Of a stretch of 56,686 nt of DNA, positions 49,021 to 56,686 are shown in pieces. The notes beneath the pieces are model-generated. The model made no database searches and was not told where the DNA came from. It worked only from the letters and a program-made list of their open reading frames with translations. This stretch comes from a virus. Each line of letters opens with the position of its first letter. Positions within the stretch are counted from its first letter, which is position 1. Location: the IMG/VR virus record IMGVR_UViG_3300031578_000043. One strand, given 5' to 3'. Position numbers and translations under genes: made by a program.

Positions 49021-51896
49021 GCGAAAACGCACCTGCTGTTGCTCAACCGGACACACCAAAGCCGGTAACGGACCCAGAACTTATCAAGAAGCTGGACGCG
49101 GCTCCCGTCGCTTCCCCTTCTCCAGTTTCAGAGTCGTCCGTTAAGCCAGTAACAGATCCAAGGTTGATTAGGCTGCTTGATGGAGCGGAGCCTGCCGGTG
49201 CTTTCTGGAAAGACAAAACTTCGACAAAGATCAAGGATTGGGCAGACACCGCTGCGACAAGAGAACTAAAGCAGATGGACAAGGGCGTGGACTATGCTGG
49301 AGTGAATAGTCCGACCCTGAGAGCGGAGTATAGTTTTTTGGACACGCCAGAAGAAAAAACGGCGTTCCTTCAAAAGCACTTCGGGGCAAAAAACGTCACC
49401 AAGGATTCGTTTGGCCGTGATGTCGTAGTAATCAACGGGCAAAAAGTATCTTTTCTTCCTAGGGGCAATCAGCCTCAAGGCCCATTCGTCGGTGAACCTG
49501 GATCGAAGATATCGAAGTGGGCTGACTTGGCTGGCGACGTCGCGCCTGTAGCCGGAATGGTCGTTGGCAGCTTGGCGACCGCGCCTGTCCCCGGAGCGTC
49601 GATCGCTGGTTCTGCAGTGGGGGCCGCAGGTGGAAGGGGGATCAACAAGCTCATCAAGGAAGTGATGGGCGACAACCTCCAAACTACGCCAGAAATCTCC
49701 AAAGACATTGCAATGGAAATCCCGAAAGGTGCCGCGGCGCAGGCGGGCGGCGAGGCGATCGGGATAGTCGGAAAGTCGCTCTTGCGAGGGCCGTTCCGCG
49801 AAGGGTCAATTTTCGGCCCGATCACGAAAAGAGGGAAAGAGGCGTTTGCCAAAGCCCAGACTGAGGTAGCCGGGGCTAGGGCTGAGGGGCTTATCCCAAA
49901 GGTGGGGACGTACTCTCCGAATGCTTCCTTCACGCAGCGGGTTCAAAACGCCGGATTTCGACTGTTCGGTGATGACACGACGATAAAAAACCGCCCGGTC
50001 ATTGAGGCAGGGGCGGCGAAATTGACTGGCGGCGGGATAAAGAACACGACGGACGCCGCAGAAGCCGCGAATCGTGCGATCGAGGCGAGGACAAATCAGA
50101 TCGTCAAGACATACCAAGCCGTTGCGGACGCCGCGAAGGTGGACGCAGAAACGCTTTTGAAGGGCGCTGAGGCGTCGATCACGTCGCGCGTGGGCGAGCC
50201 ATCCGGGGAACTCGCTTATCACGCTGGCGCGGACATTCAGGCGGCGAAAACGGCATTCACCAGCAAGGCAGCGGAGATATACGGTCCTGTTGATGCTCTT
50301 GCTGGAAAGCCCGTCGTCCCGTATGCCGGCGTCAAGGGCATGATGAAACAGATTTTGGACGAAATGCCGCAGACCGCAAGCGGACAACCGGCGTTTGTTT
50401 CACCAGAACTCAAGCGGTTTGCGTCCGAGATAGCCGCGCTTCCAGACTTCGGCACGTTCCAGCAAATGCAAGTGGTGCGTACTACGCTTCGGGATTACTC
50501 CGCTGTCCAGGCGTTGAACGCTGGCCTATCCGAGCGTCAAGCTGGCAGATTGGCGATGGCCGCTGATGACGCATTCAACGATGCGCAATCGGAACTGATT
50601 ACCCGCGTGACGGCGCCGACCCCTCCTCCGATGCCTGAATTCAAGGCAAAGTGGGAAATGGAAAACAGGGGGCGTGAGCAAGCCGCCTCTGAGCCTCCGC
50701 TTGTGCTTGAAACAAGGACTGTCACTCCGGGGGTGGAGGAAGCTAAAACTGCCTTGCGCGAGGGCGACAAGTTCTATCGTGAGGGCATCCAGAAATTCCA
50801 CGACCTCTCGACACTTGCTATGGTGAAAGACGCCTCTCAATCAGGGTTTGTAGAACCCGAGAAAGTGGCATCACGGCTTGCGATGCCTGGGCAAAACGAC
50901 AAACTGCTCCGCATCAAAGAGCTCGTCACGCCGAGTACGTTCGGTGAGATCGGTGCGCAGAAGTGGAGCCAAATGCTCGACAAGTCTCGGGACGCCATGA
51001 CGGGCAATGTTTCCGGTAAGACGCTCGCGCGACAGTTGAAGCAAATGGGGCCGGTGCTGGAAACGCTTTACGGCAAAGCCGAAGCGGGGAGAATGGTTTC
51101 GTATGCAGAACACCTTGCCGCATTGAACGGGGATTTCGACGCCGCTGCGCTTGAGCCTGGGCGGCTGTCCAGCGTGATAAAAGACGCGATCATGAAGAAA
51201 GAGGCGTCGGATGCCATCATGTCTCGCGGGTTCGTGAAGGCGCTTCAATCCGATGGTCCTCAATCGCTTACCGCGGTCAAGTGGTTGACTGAGCCTGAAC
51301 ATCGTTTGGCGCTGCGTCAGACGTTGGACGTTTTCGGGAAAGATTCTGCGGAAGCGAAAAACATCAAGGAATATCTGGCAAGGCGGATATTGACCAGCAT
51401 GGAGGTTCCAGCGACTCGCGGAGCCGAAAAATACGGCACGACAGAATTGATGGGCGAGCCGTTGTTGAAAGAACTTGACCGATACGGAAAGCCGTACCTG
51501 AGCGAAGTGTTCGGGAAAGACTGGACCGATGCAGCGTACAAGTTCGCCAACAACGTAGAGGTCGCAACGCGGAAGAATCCAACAGACTCGGGTGGGCTGA
51601 TCGCGGCGCAACTCGGGCTTCACTGGATTCGACACCTCGGGGAGATCGGGAAATACTTCACGGCCGGCGAAGCTCTTACTCGGCCATCGGTTATTACCTA
51701 TCTCTCGAAGGGGTTCGGTAAAGAAGGCGGCGTGATGGACTTCATGCAGAAAGCCCTTGGGACCGGGACGAAGATAGGGCTTGCCTACGAAGCCGAGGAA
51801 ATGCCAAAAAAGACCGCAGACTACACAAGCGGGATAGCAACGCACGCTCAAAGCCAGTTCGGAAACATGATTAACTCAACGGGGGTGAGACCATGA
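49017..51896 (+). CDS. Large internal virion/ejection protein candidate
   Basis: 959 aa from ATG 49017 (ATGA-coupled). Duplicated KPVTDP-LI--LD motif at the N-terminus. Confidence 0.4.
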   Translation: MSENAPAVAQPDTPKPVTDPELIKKLDAAPVASPSPVSESSVKPVTDPRLIRLLDGAEPAGAFWKDKTSTKIKDWADTAATRELKQMDKGVDYAGVNSPTLRAEYSFLDTPEEKTAFLQKHFGAKNVTKDSFGRDVVVINGQKVSFLPRGNQPQGPFVGEPGSKISKWADLAGDVAPVAGMVVGSLATAPVPGASIAGSAVGAAGGRGINKLIKEVMGDNLQTTPEISKDIAMEIPKGAAAQAGGEAIGIVGKSLLRGPFREGSIFGPITKRGKEAFAKAQTEVAGARAEGLIPKVGTYSPNASFTQRVQNAGFRLFGDDTTIKNRPVIEAGAAKLTGGGIKNTTDAAEAANRAIEARTNQIVKTYQAVADAAKVDAETLLKGAEASITSRVGEPSGELAYHAGADIQAAKTAFTSKAAEIYGPVDALAGKPVVPYAGVKGMMKQILDEMPQTASGQPAFVSPELKRFASEIAALPDFGTFQQMQVVRTTLRDYSAVQALNAGLSERQAGRLAMAADDAFNDAQSELITRVTAPTPPPMPEFKAKWEMENRGREQAASEPPLVLETRTVTPGVEEAKTALREGDKFYREGIQKFHDLSTLAMVKDASQSGFVEPEKVASRLAMPGQNDKLLRIKELVTPSTFGEIGAQKWSQMLDKSRDAMTGNVSGKTLARQLKQMGPVLETLYGKAEAGRMVSYAEHLAALNGDFDAAALEPGRLSSVIKDAIMKKEASDAIMSRGFVKALQSDGPQSLTAVKWLTEPEHRLALRQTLDVFGKDSAEAKNIKEYLARRILTSMEVPATRGAEKYGTTELMGEPLLKELDRYGKPYLSEVFGKDWTDAAYKFANNVEVATRKNPTDSGGLIAAQLGLHWIRHLGEIGKYFTAGEALTRPSVITYLSKGFGKEGGVMDFMQKALGTGTKIGLAYEAEEMPKKTADYTSGIATHAQSQFGNMINSTGVRP

Positions 51897-52111
51897 TTGA
51901 AATGAAAGCGCCACGCAATCCAAGTTCGCAGGTAATGAGCATGGGATACGACGCCGAGACTCAGACAATGGCGGTTCAGTTCTCGCGCGGAGGCGTGTAC
52001 CATTACGAAGGCGTCAGTCCGCAGACCTTCGAAGCGATGCACGCGCACGAATCGCCGGGGACGTACCTGCATCAAAATATCAAGGGCAAATACAAGTTTC
52101 AGAAAAGGTAA
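51893..52111 (+). CDS. KTSC-domain protein
   Basis: MGYDAETQTMAVQFSRGGVYHYEGVSPQTFEAMHAHESPGTYLHQNIKGKYKF fits the KTSC domain pattern. Confidence 0.55.
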   Translation: MIEMKAPRNPSSQVMSMGYDAETQTMAVQFSRGGVYHYEGVSPQTFEAMHAHESPGTYLHQNIKGKYKFQKR

Positions 52112-52113
52112 TC

Positions 52114-52575
52114 ATGGCAGAGGACACAAAAGAGGAAGCGACGGCAAAACTCGTAGCCCGCATGGACGGGGTAGCCGATGCGTTGCTTGCGCTGATCGGG
52201 AAAGAGGAGACTTCTGACGCGCAGAAGGGCCGACTTTTCACCACGGTTCAATCCTGGATGAAACTGCGGCAGACCTTGGTGCCTTCGAGTGAAGGCGATA
52301 AACTTAAAGGAATGCAAGATGCCATCAAATCTGGCGGTAGTAGCGGAAAGAGAAATTCCAGAGGCGCCGGTTCAGATCGAACAGCCGAAGATGGAAAAGC
52401 CATCGCAGCGATTATCCGAAAACTCCCAAAGCCCGGAAACGCTCGCGCTGCTGATGGAGATAAGGAGGGTGCTAAATGCGAAGGCGGCGGCGGTCTTGGC
52501 GCTGGTGGCGAGCTTCGTATTAACGGCGGCGGCGATGTGGTTGGGAACGTGGATGGCGCTCGGAATCTCAATTAG
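52114..52575 (+). CDS. Hypothetical protein (3' third doubtful; overlaps a better-looking +1-frame ORF)
   Basis: 153-aa ORF. Its last ~80 codons are Gly-rich and look off-frame. Confidence 0.4.
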   Translation: MAEDTKEEATAKLVARMDGVADALLALIGKEETSDAQKGRLFTTVQSWMKLRQTLVPSSEGDKLKGMQDAIKSGGSSGKRNSRGAGSDRTAEDGKAIAAIIRKLPKPGNARAADGDKEGAKCEGGGGLGAGGELRINGGGDVVGNVDGARNLN

Positions 52576-52645
52576 CTTCGACGTTCTGATTGCGATACCG
52601 ATTTTCTTGATCGCGTACAAAGGAGGTCATCATGCCTCTCCATAA
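52319..52645 (+). CDS. Hypothetical membrane protein (two C-terminal TM segments)
   Basis: AAGGAA RBS 6 nt before ATG 52319. [45 protein letters not shown]. Confidence 0.5.
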   Translation: MPSNLAVVAEREIPEAPVQIEQPKMEKPSQRLSENSQSPETLALLMEIRRVLNAKAAAVLALVASFVLTAAAMWLGTWMALGISISFDVLIAIPIFLIAYKGGHHASP

Positions 52646-52790
52646 GGGCAGAAGCGATGCGGTGAGGTCCGAAAACATCCGAGAAATGGTGCGGGCAGGC
52701 CATCCTCAGAATCAGGCGGTAGCGGCGGCATACAGGGAACAACGGCAATCGAAGCGCAAGAAACGCACACACAGGAGAAAGGCAAGATGA
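52632..52790 (+). CDS. Small basic protein (below track cutoff)
   Basis: [65 protein letters not shown]-coupled to the next gene. Confidence 0.5.
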   Translation: MPLHKGRSDAVRSENIREMVRAGHPQNQAVAAAYREQRQSKRKKRTHRRKAR

Positions 52791-53185
52791 GAACAATAAT
52801 CGCGGTACTGCTGGCCCTTGTTTGCGGGCTCGCCCAGGCGCAGGTGTCTCAACTCGGGGCGTTTACGCCGAACGGGAATACCATTGTTTTTACCGCCAAC
52901 ACAAGCGGCAACCTTCCGGCTCCGGTTCAGGCGACCGGCTGCTCAACCGGCTCTCAATGCCAGTACCTGATTTCAAACTCTGGCGTCAACAACGTCTGTG
53001 TCGGGTATGGCACTTCGGCAAACGCCACTGCGAACGCGGTGATTCCGACCGGCACGCCGACCTTTTGCACTTGGGCGTTTGCTAACACGCAGATCATCAT
53101 TACGACTGGACCGAACAGTTACTTCACCGGGATTACCGCGTCGGGGACTTCGGTCGTGTACGTTCAGGCCGGCAACGGGACTTAA
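52787..53185 (+). CDS. Small protein with signal-peptide-like N-terminus
   Basis: [20 protein letters not shown], then a Thr/Gly/Asn-rich beta-like sequence. Confidence 0.55.
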   Translation: MRTIIAVLLALVCGLAQAQVSQLGAFTPNGNTIVFTANTSGNLPAPVQATGCSTGSQCQYLISNSGVNNVCVGYGTSANATANAVIPTGTPTFCTWAFANTQIIITTGPNSYFTGITASGTSVVYVQAGNGT

Positions 53186-53190
53186 TCTAA

Positions 53191-55041
53191 ATGAAGCGCC
53201 TGTTTTCATTCCTGCTCGCGTTATTGCTTACGCTTATCAGCGTAGCGGTTCCGGCTGCGCCTTCGGTATCTCAACAGGTAGGTGAGCGCATCGGCAGCGT
53301 CGTCTATGACGTAACGCACAAGGACGAGTTTTCTCCGTTCGAGCAAAAAACCGGACCTCCGACTCTCGCTCTTTCTGCAACACAGCACTTTCGCCCGCGC
53401 TGGGTTTTCGCGCAGAACAATCCTTCGTTCGTTGCTCCGCTTCAGACGACGCTTGTCCCAGACTTCTCCCTCGGCTCCGGCACCCCCACCTTCACCCGCG
53501 CCACAGCCGCAACGCAGACCGACTTCGAGGCCAAGCTAAACGTAGTCCTCTCCGGCGAAGCTAGGATGCAGGGGGCGAGGCGGGTAGCGAATAAGGCAGT
53601 CAATAGCGGAACGCTCACTGTTGCTGCTGGATGGAATAGAACAGGGACTCCGACAATCACATCAGGTAAAACTGACCCAGACGGAGGAACAACTGCTTAC
53701 AGAATAAGCGCCACAGGTGCAGGCGATGAATGGTTTTACAACGCTACCGCCGCTATTGGCACGCAGGGTATTTCTTCTCTGTGGATTAAGCGCGTAACTG
53801 GAACAGGAAACATCAAGTTTCTTACAGTGAATGGTGCGACTGGAACTGCCCTTACGCTCACAACATCATGGCAACGGTTTGCAAACGCTGTCTCTACCTC
53901 CACTGGCGGGAATTTTGATATTGGAATAAACATCTCTACGAGTGGCGATGAGGTAGATATTTGGCATCCACAACTCGAAGGTGTCACCGGCCAAGCCAAC
54001 CAGAACCCATCCGAATACGTCAGCGTCGGCGTTCTCTCCGCACCCTACCACGGCGCAGGTGTAGATGGTGTCCAGTACTTCAACTACCTCAACGGCAACA
54101 CGGTTGCATCGAACGTGGTTACGCAGGCTCAGGGACTTCCAATCGTCGCGGGCCAGTCAGGAGTTTCCGCGTCCGCACCAGTAGATGCCAAAGGTCCGTA
54201 TGGCTATCTGGCAGAGGGCGCGAGGACGAATTACTTCCTGCAATCACTCACGCCTGCAACGCAGACGATTGCAACTCTCGCAACTGGAACATATACCGCA
54301 TCGGTTGGTGCTGGCGGTACGCTTGCTATCAGTGCAGGAACAGCAACAATAACTGGTGGTGGCACAGCTACCAGCACGACGCCTCTGACCTTCGATGTAC
54401 AAGTATCTGGAACGGTCGTAGCCACTGTCGCATCTGCTCCTGCTTGGGGACAAGTAGAACTAGGTGGTTTTGCAAGCTCGCTAATCCCGACGACCACAGT
54501 TGCGGTGACGCGGAACGCGGATTTGCTGACTTACGCGAGCGCGGGGAATATTAGCGGGACGGTGGGGACGGCGTATGCGGAAGTCACCACAGCCTACCCA
54601 TCTCCTGCTGTCGGCGCAGGGCGCATTATAGCGTCGTATCCGGCAGCAGATTTTATCTTAGGAGCGGACAGCACATTCTTTGCAATCTACGACGGAACAG
54701 GGTGGAATGGATTAGGCACATATCTCTACTCAGCTACAACACCAATAAAATCGGCTGGCACATGGGGAGGAAGTACAACTCAAACTGCGCAGAGTGGAAT
54801 AGCTAATGCGACAGCAGCATTCGACGGAGATGCTGGAGTTGGAACATTGTTTGCGGTAGGGGGTCAGTCGGGGGGTGGGTCAGAACTATTCGGCACCATT
54901 AGGAATATCCGCATCTACCCGGCCGCGCTCTCGACGCCATATCTCCAAAACTTGACCGCCGACGCGACCGACTTCCTCGGAGATCCGATGTGGCGCTACG
55001 CGGCGAATGATGACTACTACAGAAAGGTGGCAAACCAATGA
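53191..55041 (+). CDS. Tail fibre/receptor-binding protein candidate with signal-peptide-like N-terminus
   Basis: 616 aa, MKRLFSFLLALLLTLISVAVPA. Late-operon position. Confidence 0.5.
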   Translation: MKRLFSFLLALLLTLISVAVPAAPSVSQQVGERIGSVVYDVTHKDEFSPFEQKTGPPTLALSATQHFRPRWVFAQNNPSFVAPLQTTLVPDFSLGSGTPTFTRATAATQTDFEAKLNVVLSGEARMQGARRVANKAVNSGTLTVAAGWNRTGTPTITSGKTDPDGGTTAYRISATGAGDEWFYNATAAIGTQGISSLWIKRVTGTGNIKFLTVNGATGTALTLTTSWQRFANAVSTSTGGNFDIGINISTSGDEVDIWHPQLEGVTGQANQNPSEYVSVGVLSAPYHGAGVDGVQYFNYLNGNTVASNVVTQAQGLPIVAGQSGVSASAPVDAKGPYGYLAEGARTNYFLQSLTPATQTIATLATGTYTASVGAGGTLAISAGTATITGGGTATSTTPLTFDVQVSGTVVATVASAPAWGQVELGGFASSLIPTTTVAVTRNADLLTYASAGNISGTVGTAYAEVTTAYPSPAVGAGRIIASYPAADFILGADSTFFAIYDGTGWNGLGTYLYSATTPIKSAGTWGGSTTQTAQSGIANATAAFDGDAGVGTLFAVGGQSGGGSELFGTIRNIRIYPAALSTPYLQNLTADATDFLGDPMWRYAANDDYYRKVANQ

Positions 55042-56609
55042 AACGACTACTCGCTCTGATCCTCGCCTTCTCGGTCAACGCATTTGGCGCAACCGCGATC
55101 CCGAACATTTTCGCCACTCAGCCCTCGGGCAACGTCCCTGCGTCTTATCTGGACACGAACTTTGCGCTGATATCGAACTACAACACGTTCTCGAACTACC
55201 TCGTCGATAGCGGGGCGGCGAATGCGTATGTGGTGACGTTTCCTGCCGGGACTACAGGATCGCTCGCTGCGGGCCTTCTGATTAACTTCAAAGCCGGGGC
55301 CGACAACACCGGAGCCTCGACCCTTGCCGTCAACGGAATGACGGCCAAGAACATCACGAACTACGATGCAACCGCTTTGGCTGCGGGACAGATAAAGGCT
55401 GGAGCGATTGTCAGCGTCATCTATGACGGGACGCAGTTCAAATTGGCGGGTCAGCCTGGGGGTGTTGCTCCTGCCAATCTGACGCCACAAGCGACGAATA
55501 CCGTTCTTGGAAATGCGACTTCTGGGACGGCTGTTCCGACTGCGCTTGCCGTTGGAACGTGTAGCACGGCCTCTAGCGCATTGATCTGGACGACGAATAC
55601 GGGGTTTGGTTGCAATACTAGCATCACGGCGAATACCGCAGCTACAGCGACAACGGCCACAAATTTCAACAACGGCACTAGCTCCTCAAGCGGGGGCACA
55701 GTCACGGCCACGACTTTCTCCGGCGCTCTATCAGGTAATGCTTCAACTGCTACGACCGCCGGAACTGTCACGACCGCCGCACAGCCCGCCATTACCTCCG
55801 TCGGCGCATTGACTGGCGGCAGCATTGGCAGCGGCTTCGGCGCAATCAACATCGGCTCCAACTCCCTCACCGCAGGCGCGATCAGCGGGACGACGGGGAC
55901 GTTTAGCGGCGGCGGAACAGATCAAGTTGCCATTTTGAAATCTACTGCTGGTGCTTACGCAACTTTCCAGAAAGGGACAACTGATAAGGGATATATTGGG
56001 TTGGGTCTTGGAGTGACGGGGGCAACGACCGACTCAATGATTGTGCGCGGTGTTGCTGATGTGCAGATTGCCGCTGGATCAAGTACGATCGTATCAACAT
56101 TCTCCTCCACCGGCCTCTCCGTCACCGGGACGACAAGCTCCACAGCTTTTTCCGGTCCGTTGACCGGCAACGTGACCGGTAATGTCTCAGGCACTGCCGC
56201 TACCGTAACCGGGGCGGCGCAGTCTGCAATAACGTCAGTCGGAACGCTAACAGGACTTTCGTCGTCATCCTATAAAGACGGCGCAGGCAATCTAATAATC
56301 TCCTCCACCGCCCCGGCAATCGCCAGCGGCTTCGGGACTTCGCCTAGCATTCTGGCGAATAATACGGCGGCGTTTCAGGTGACGGTGGGAACTGCCACTA
56401 GTACGACCTACTACGGAACGCTTACTATGCCGGCCGCTCCAAATGGGTGGGTCTGCAATGTCCAGAATGTGTCAACTCCAACCATTTCCTCTCGACAAAC
56501 CGCCAGCAGCACCACCAGTGTTAGCATAAGCGATTTCAGCTCATCTACAAACAATCTTATTCAATGGTTGACGGGTGACGTTTTGCTATTTCAATGCACC
56601 GCCTTCTAA
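55038..56609 (+). CDS. Tail fibre protein with signal-peptide-like N-terminus
   Basis: After MKRLLALILAFSVNAFGA comes IPNIF...ASYLDTNF and GAANAYVVTF...INFKAGADNTGASTLAVNGMTAKNI...AGQIKAGAIVSVIYDGTQFKL, a pattern common in phage tail fibre N-terminal domains. Ser/Thr-rich repeats follow. Confidence 0.6.
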   Translation: MKRLLALILAFSVNAFGATAIPNIFATQPSGNVPASYLDTNFALISNYNTFSNYLVDSGAANAYVVTFPAGTTGSLAAGLLINFKAGADNTGASTLAVNGMTAKNITNYDATALAAGQIKAGAIVSVIYDGTQFKLAGQPGGVAPANLTPQATNTVLGNATSGTAVPTALAVGTCSTASSALIWTTNTGFGCNTSITANTAATATTATNFNNGTSSSSGGTVTATTFSGALSGNASTATTAGTVTTAAQPAITSVGALTGGSIGSGFGAINIGSNSLTAGAISGTTGTFSGGGTDQVAILKSTAGAYATFQKGTTDKGYIGLGLGVTGATTDSMIVRGVADVQIAAGSSTIVSTFSSTGLSVTGTTSSTAFSGPLTGNVTGNVSGTAATVTGAAQSAITSVGTLTGLSSSSYKDGAGNLIISSTAPAIASGFGTSPSILANNTAAFQVTVGTATSTTYYGTLTMPAAPNGWVCNVQNVSTPTISSRQTASSTTSVSISDFSSSTNNLIQWLTGDVLLFQCTAF

Positions 56610-56686
56610 TGAAAACGCTGATTCTTTTCCTGCTTCTCGGATTGTCCGGCTGCGCGACAGTCGATAGGCTTGGTACGCCGCAGAAT
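56609..56686 (+). CDS. 5' end of the junction-spanning lipoprotein gene (continues at position 1)
   Basis: ATG 56609 overlaps the tail-fibre stop (TAATG). MKTLILFLLLGLSGCATVDRLGTPQN. Confidence 0.7.
   Translation, partial: MKTLILFLLLGLSGCATVDRLGTPQN
56624..56686. repeat. Terminal overlap, right copy (identical to 1..63)
   Basis: Read directly. Confidence 0.95.

Noticed and set aside
50871-51851. A 326-aa minus-strand ORF
   Set aside because: It is antisense to the 959-aa late gene, with an off-frame composition and no independent signals.

Overview
The window is a complete, circularly closed dsDNA tailed-phage genome. Bases 1-63 are identical to bases 56624-56686, giving a unique length of 56,623 bp, and a lipoprotein gene is rebuilt in frame across that junction. 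The host is inferred to be Gram-negative, from embedded Rz/Rz1-type spanins, lipobox lipoproteins and a lambda-R-type endolysin.

Layout:
- Lysis cassette at 1-2818.
- A 1.1-kb HNH+moron insertion at 2801-3890.
- A leftward early/recombination operon from 10888 down to 3965: mini-DnaN, ERF-type annealase and a YqaJ exonuclease fusion.
- Divergent promoters and a Cro-like gene at about 10920-11187.
- A rightward replication/modification arm: SF2 helicase, ParB-like protein, beta-class DNA MTase, DUF1367-like, DUF1064-like and Ref-like HNH proteins.
- A sugar pathway at 18528-23334: NeuB-type synthase, CMP-sugar cytidylyltransferase, class-III aminotransferase, VOC protein and radical SAM/SPASM protein.
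- A leftward accessory operon from 26096 down to 23338.
- About 0.8 kb of non-coding DNA, then a C5 DNA MTase.
- Packaging, head and tail genes: terL 31005, portal 35631, scaffold 38359, major capsid 38949, large Gly/Ser/Thr-rich internal proteins, and tail-fibre-like genes up to 56609.

Many gene junctions are ATGA/GTGA overlaps, which suggests translational coupling. I recognised no integrase, CI-type repressor, DNA polymerase, tRNA or CRISPR array.

Most noteworthy:
1. A nonulosonic-acid (sialic-acid-like) biosynthesis and activation cluster, together with a DUF115/Maf-like transferase sitting between capsid genes. This is a candidate phage-encoded virion glycosylation system.
2. Seven HNH/AP2-type homing-endonuclease-like genes. 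One is nested out of frame inside the DNA MTase gene while the MTase frame stays open.
3. A moron insertion flanked by a duplicated spanin 3' end in which both overlapping reading frames are preserved.
4. Three consecutive distal tail genes with Sec-type signal-peptide-like N-termini.

All functional calls come from motif recognition by eye. No database search was run.
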